A stretch of DNA of 64,000 bases from an uncultured Phycisphaerales bacterium. Lineage in GTDB: Bacteria; Planctomycetota; Phycisphaerae; Tepidisphaerales; Tepidisphaeraceae. The DNA lies in the NCBI GenBank assembly GCA_963758525.1, contig CAVWVQ010000003.1, forward strand, positions 4,800,001-4,864,000, read 5' to 3'. The translations under genes and the position numbers were made by a program. Every line of letters begins with the position of its first letter. The stretch's first letter is position 1. The notes beneath the pieces were generated by a model. The model saw only the letters and a list, made by a program, of their open reading frames with translations. It searched no databases and was not told the origin of the DNA. Of the stretch, positions 60,075-64,000 are shown one piece after another.

Positions 60075-60725
60075 ATGCGCTTAATCTCCTCCACCCTGGC
60101 GCTGACGCTGATCGGCGCAACGTTAGCGATCAGTAGCGCGGGCTGCGGCACGCCAAATCAGGCCAACATCGCGCTGCGCAAGCAAAACCAGCAGCTTCAA
60201 ATCGAACTCGATCAACTCCGCAAGCAGCAGGCGATGGCCGCCCAGCAGATCGCGGGATTGCAGGCTCGCGACCTCACCGAGCCGACGCTGCCGCCGGAAC
60301 AGCTCGCGAAACTGGTCACAACGCATGGCATCCGCCTGGGCCGCCTGACCGGCGGCGAGGACATCGACCCCGACAAGCCGGGCGACGAGGGATTGAAAGT
60401 GTTCGTTATTCCGTACGATGATTCCGGCCAGGAGATCAAGGCCGCGGGCACGATCAGCGTTGAGGCGTTCGATCTCGCCGCGAAGGACCCGCGGCTGGGG
60501 AAATGGGACTTTACTCTCGAACAGGCAAAGCAAAACTGGTACGGCCAGTTCCTGGTGGACTATTATTATGCGGTGGTCTGCCCCTGGCAGACGGTTCCGC
60601 GGCACGCGGATGTGACGATCAAAGTGACATTCGTGGATGAACTGACGAAGCTGCCGTTTACGACGCAGAAGGTGGTGCGTGTGATGCTGCCTCCCACCCC
60701 GACGAGCCAGCCGTCGGCGCAGTGA
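60075..60725 (+). CDS. Putative lipoprotein
   Basis: Lipobox SAGC followed by a coiled coil. Confidence 0.75.
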   Translation: MRLISSTLALTLIGATLAISSAGCGTPNQANIALRKQNQQLQIELDQLRKQQAMAAQQIAGLQARDLTEPTLPPEQLAKLVTTHGIRLGRLTGGEDIDPDKPGDEGLKVFVIPYDDSGQEIKAAGTISVEAFDLAAKDPRLGKWDFTLEQAKQNWYGQFLVDYYYAVVCPWQTVPRHADVTIKVTFVDELTKLPFTTQKVVRVMLPPTPTSQPSAQ

Positions 60726-60786
60726 GTCGCCGGTGGGGTCCTAGGCTTCGCTGGAAGCCTGCACCGCAAAAAAGGCGTAACGTGTT

Positions 60787-61437
60787 ATGGACGATGATCG
60801 CCCGATCGATCGCCGGCGATTTTTCCGTGAAGGATTGCGCGGGCTGCTGCGTCCCCTTTCCTCGGCGGTGCGCCCGCTGGAGAATATCGCCCATCAGATC
60901 GGCAAGCTCGATCCCCCGGCCGCTCCCATCGTTTCGCGGAAATCCGCTGCTCCTGTCGTTGAATACTGGCTGCGTCCGCCCGGCGCGCTGGAAGAGAAGG
61001 AATTGCGCGATACTTGCAGCCGGTGCGGCGACTGCGTTCGAGCTTGCCCGGTGAACGCGATCCAGATTGATGCCAGCGGCGAGCAGGGTGCAGGGTTGCC
61101 GTACATTGATGCCAGCACGTCGGCGTGCGTGGTGTGCGATGAATTGGCCTGCATGAACAAATGTCCGACCGGAGCATTGCGGCTCGTGCCGCGCGAAGAA
61201 ATCAACATGGGGACCGCGTTCGTACGCGAGGCAACATGTCTCCGTACGGTCGGGCAGGACTGCACGATCTGCGTCGATCATTGCCCGATGGGCTCGGCCG
61301 CGCTTGGATTGCTTGACGGCCGCGTCCGCGTGATTGAAGACGGCTGCACCGGCTGCGGCCGTTGCGAGCATGAGTGCCCGACGCAGCCAAAGAGCATCGT
61401 CGTCGAACCGCGATCGAAGCGGATTTCGCTGATTTAA
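60787..61437 (+). CDS. 4Fe-4S polyferredoxin (NapF/MauM-like)
   Basis: DRRRFF, LRPPGA, four CxxCxx(x)C..CP motifs. Confidence 0.88.
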   Translation: MDDDRPIDRRRFFREGLRGLLRPLSSAVRPLENIAHQIGKLDPPAAPIVSRKSAAPVVEYWLRPPGALEEKELRDTCSRCGDCVRACPVNAIQIDASGEQGAGLPYIDASTSACVVCDELACMNKCPTGALRLVPREEINMGTAFVREATCLRTVGQDCTICVDHCPMGSAALGLLDGRVRVIEDGCTGCGRCEHECPTQPKSIVVEPRSKRISLI

Positions 61438-61615
61438 CTGATTTAACTGGTTATTATTGAGGAGCGGCGATGCGAAGCCGCGAGCGGCGGACGGGGCGCC
61501 GCCCGGCTTGCCGCTTCGCATCACGGATCACCAATCAACGTCTAATATTGCCAAGGTGACCAGTCTCCCTCAGAGCAACTTTTCCCCTCCGCTGGTACTC
61601 CAGCGGAGGGGAAAA

Positions 61616-62332
61616 TCACCGATTCGCGTACATCAGATTCCGCATGCCGATCCAGTATGTATAGAACAGATAGATTGCCGCGACGATCGCTGTCGCCCCC
61701 AGCGTGTAGATATAGTGCAGGTCATGCGACGCGGCATCAATGTACCGGCGTTGCACCAGCTCGTGGAACCCCAACACAACGAGACAGGTCACGATTGCGA
61801 CCGGCAGATAGTGGGCCGCGTGATACCGCAGCGCCCGGCGCACGACCGGCAGCGGCATTCGCAAGCCGCGGTAGGTTGCCTCCCAGTGCGTGAGACGTGC
61901 GGCGATGAGGGTGACGCCGGCGAGCGTGACAAATGTCAGGATGGCCAACAGCACACAACTCACGCCCCACGGGAAAACCCTGGGACGCCCCGTCAACGTC
62001 AGCAGCCATTCGAAATGCACCGCGCCGGCCGCGCCAAGGAGCAGCGAAGCGATGGCGCCGTGGATCAGCGCGAAGCTTCCGGAGCGATCTTCCGGCACAT
62101 GAATCGCAAGGGAGCGGAAGAATTGCGAGGGAACGAAGATCACCTGCAATGTCGTCGCGAGGAACGCCCGCCAGTCGCGCGTCAGGGTCTGCTCCCACGC
62201 CGATGGCGCCCGCAGGGAGGGGCTGCTCTCGGCGATCAGCCCGCCGCACTCGGGGCAACGCCCGTCGGGCGGCAGGTTATTGAGAACGTAACCACATTGC
62301 TCGCAAAGGAGATCCAGCTCAGAAGGGCTCAT
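61616..62332 (-). CDS. Membrane protein with N-terminal zinc ribbon
   Basis: CEQCGY..CPECG, then several TM helices. Confidence 0.75.
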   Translation of the reverse strand: MSPSELDLLCEQCGYVLNNLPPDGRCPECGGLIAESSPSLRAPSAWEQTLTRDWRAFLATTLQVIFVPSQFFRSLAIHVPEDRSGSFALIHGAIASLLLGAAGAVHFEWLLTLTGRPRVFPWGVSCVLLAILTFVTLAGVTLIAARLTHWEATYRGLRMPLPVVRRALRYHAAHYLPVAIVTCLVVLGFHELVQRRYIDAASHDLHYIYTLGATAIVAAIYLFYTYWIGMRNLMYANR

Positions 62333-62413
62333 TGACGCACGCGACATCAGGATATGGTATGATACCTGCCAGCGGAAAGTCACTTTGCGACGCCCGGTTG
62401 AACCGGAGCTGAC

Positions 62414-63037
62414 ATGTCAGGAACGCGATCTACATTGCGAGCAGCCATCACCGGCATCTGTGTTGTCGTCTCGACGATGGCGGGGTGCGAGAAATCCCCG
62501 GCGCCTGCGCCGGTTGCTGCCGTTGTCGCGACGCCAGCGTCGCAGCCCGCGACGGCGCCCGCCACCGAACCGGCGACTCAGCCGGCCCTGACCTCACTGC
62601 TGATCAATCAACTGTTCAGACAATTTCCCGGCGCCCGCCTGCGCATTGAGACGGCTGACGACCATGTCACCGCGATCCTCTACAGTTCCGATCCTCCCGC
62701 GGCAATCAACGACGACTACACCGGCAACAGCTACTACCTGAAGATGCCGCTCGAAGATGTGAAGAACCCAGCCGCCATCGACGGCGCCCAATGGCGGTTT
62801 AAATCCATCAGCAGCGATCGTTCCGACAGCAACGACGGAATCTTCCTGAACGGCTTCCGCCATCAGTTGCAGCCGATCGACCTGCTCGTTCGCTTCGAAT
62901 CCGCCGGCTCCCGCATTCGCGTTCGTCTCGCCGGGGAGTTTATGGACTACGACAATTCTGCCCCGCATCAGCCGGGAATGCTGACGACCGTCAGCGGAGA
63001 GATCCTCGCCGAAGTTGACGCTTTACAGAAGCAGTAG
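62414..63037 (+). CDS. Putative lipoprotein
   Basis: MAGC lipobox and an ATQPA-rich linker. Confidence 0.7.
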   Translation: MSGTRSTLRAAITGICVVVSTMAGCEKSPAPAPVAAVVATPASQPATAPATEPATQPALTSLLINQLFRQFPGARLRIETADDHVTAILYSSDPPAAINDDYTGNSYYLKMPLEDVKNPAAIDGAQWRFKSISSDRSDSNDGIFLNGFRHQLQPIDLLVRFESAGSRIRVRLAGEFMDYDNSAPHQPGMLTTVSGEILAEVDALQKQ

Positions 63038-63382
63038 AATTCCATTAGCCGCCCGGTCCCCAGCGAACAGCAGCAGCAGCGCCAGGAGGATCAGCCAGAC
63101 GCCCCAGGAGGGTTTTCCGGGCCGTCGAGGCCGCGTGTTGTGCAGTTTGTCGCTGAGACGCCGACTGCGTTCGGCCAGCAGCCCGCATGCGGGGCAGGCC
63201 TGGTCATTTGTGATCCCGCGCAGGTCGTAGCCGCAACGATAGCACTCATCAGGGGAGCTGATTCTCGGCGGTTGACACGCGCTAAGGATATTCTGGATGA
63301 GCCGGTGCGCGAAGTGGTGGTGTTCGTCGGGTACAAGCCGGTTCCCTCGGTGGGAGTCTTCTTCGCCTGCTGCGCAAAGCAT
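63023..63382 (-). pseudogene. Zinc-ribbon membrane protein fragment
   Basis: CYRCGYDLRG..CPACG and one TM helix; ends abruptly, overlapping the convergent gene. Confidence 0.4.
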
Positions 63383-63441
63383 ATCTATCGCGACTTGCGC
63401 CCGCGGCGAGTCTCGCGGATGTCGTTGCTTAAGAGACAGCC

Positions 63442-64000
63442 CTAAGCAACTGGACTAACGATATTAGTCCCGCTCCGCGCGGCGTTCGCTAATTGTCCGA
63501 TGGCCGACTGAAAGCGGCGAAAAGACTTACAGCGTTGTCCAACGACCTCCAAGTTCACCTTCGCTGCGAGAACTGCCTGATCCAGGGACTGGTCGTAGCC
63601 AGGGATGAGCTGACACAACACGCGCTTGGCGCCTCTCTTGGCTTCGATATCTATTGATGGCGCTTTTGCATCGGTTGGAACGCTGCCGCGCCCACCGGCG
63701 AGCATCTCACCTTGAAGACTTTCCACTCCGGCCACCAACCACGCTTCAAACTCCTTCATGGCAAAAACTACCGCGAGGGAGAAGGCGTCGCCCGTGCGCA
63801 ATGCGCGAGCCTCTTCTGCAAGCATCGCCGCGACGCGATAGGCACAAAACTCGGTCGAGTTGTAACGCGTTGCATGACCTTTCCAGGTTTGAGGAACTCG
63901 GTCCGCATCGCCGTCAAGCACCAACAGCACTGCTCCGATGTTTCTTCGGGTTTTGCCCGCAGCCTGCAACCAACGGCGCCAATCCGCGCAGTTGTTCTTC
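63442..64000 (-). CDS. DUF4276-like (TOPRIM-type) protein, 5' end outside the window
   Basis: VLLVLDGDAD..KEFEAWLVAG..AK..Y...DQ..CKSF. Confidence 0.7.
   Translation of the reverse strand, partial: KNNCADWRRWLQAAGKTRRNIGAVLLVLDGDADRVPQTWKGHATRYNSTEFCAYRVAAMLAEEARALRTGDAFSLAVVFAMKEFEAWLVAGVESLQGEMLAGGRGSVPTDAKAPSIDIEAKRGAKRVLCQLIPGYDQSLDQAVLAAKVNLEVVGQRCKSFRRFQSAIGQLANAARSGTNIVSPVA

Noticed and set aside
63442..64000. ATPase plus DUF4276 defence pair
   Set aside because: The expected partner ATPase would lie outside the window, so it cannot be supported here.

Overview
High-GC bacterial DNA, most likely Planctomycetota (Phycisphaerae/Tepidisphaera-like), judged from a LEPRxLL-type secreted repeat protein, ATQP/PTSQP linker motifs and several planctomycete-typical families. 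Bases 1-~36300 are the right part of a >36 kb integrative element inserted at the 3' end of tRNA-Glu(CTC) (36299-36371, minus strand); its other end is outside the window. The element has three parts. (i) A satellite/IME-like core: tyrosine integrase, AlpA/excisionase, Prim-Pol, helicase-like ATPase and a probable iteron ori. (ii) A ~14.5 kb minus-strand operon headed by a sigma-like factor. It encodes a Cas4/AddB-like exonuclease with an internal TGA, a WGR-ATP-dependent ligase cleanly split by a RIT element, an internally deleted mini-ComM, a degenerate HYExAFE-like protein, and a DUF1257-DUF2997-Ycf46 AAA-DUF3150-like module. (iii) A defence locus: BREX type 2 (pglW, pglX) with three extra genes between pglW and pglX, plus an HNH nuclease. 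pglX carries an in-frame insert of a genomic 8-mer repeat array that also occurs intergenically at 58.2 kb. Bases 36.4-64 kb are mostly host chromosome: nnrE, surE, an SdrD-B repeat protein, rpiA, fabF, comB, a sigma54 regulator with a visible target promoter, a histidine kinase, a Maf/neuABC nonulosonate cluster with a degenerate radical SAM protein, BrnTA, clpP1/clpP2 and several REP-like repeats. At least six small frameshifts in unrelated genes point to assembly indel errors. All family assignments come from motif recognition, not database searches.
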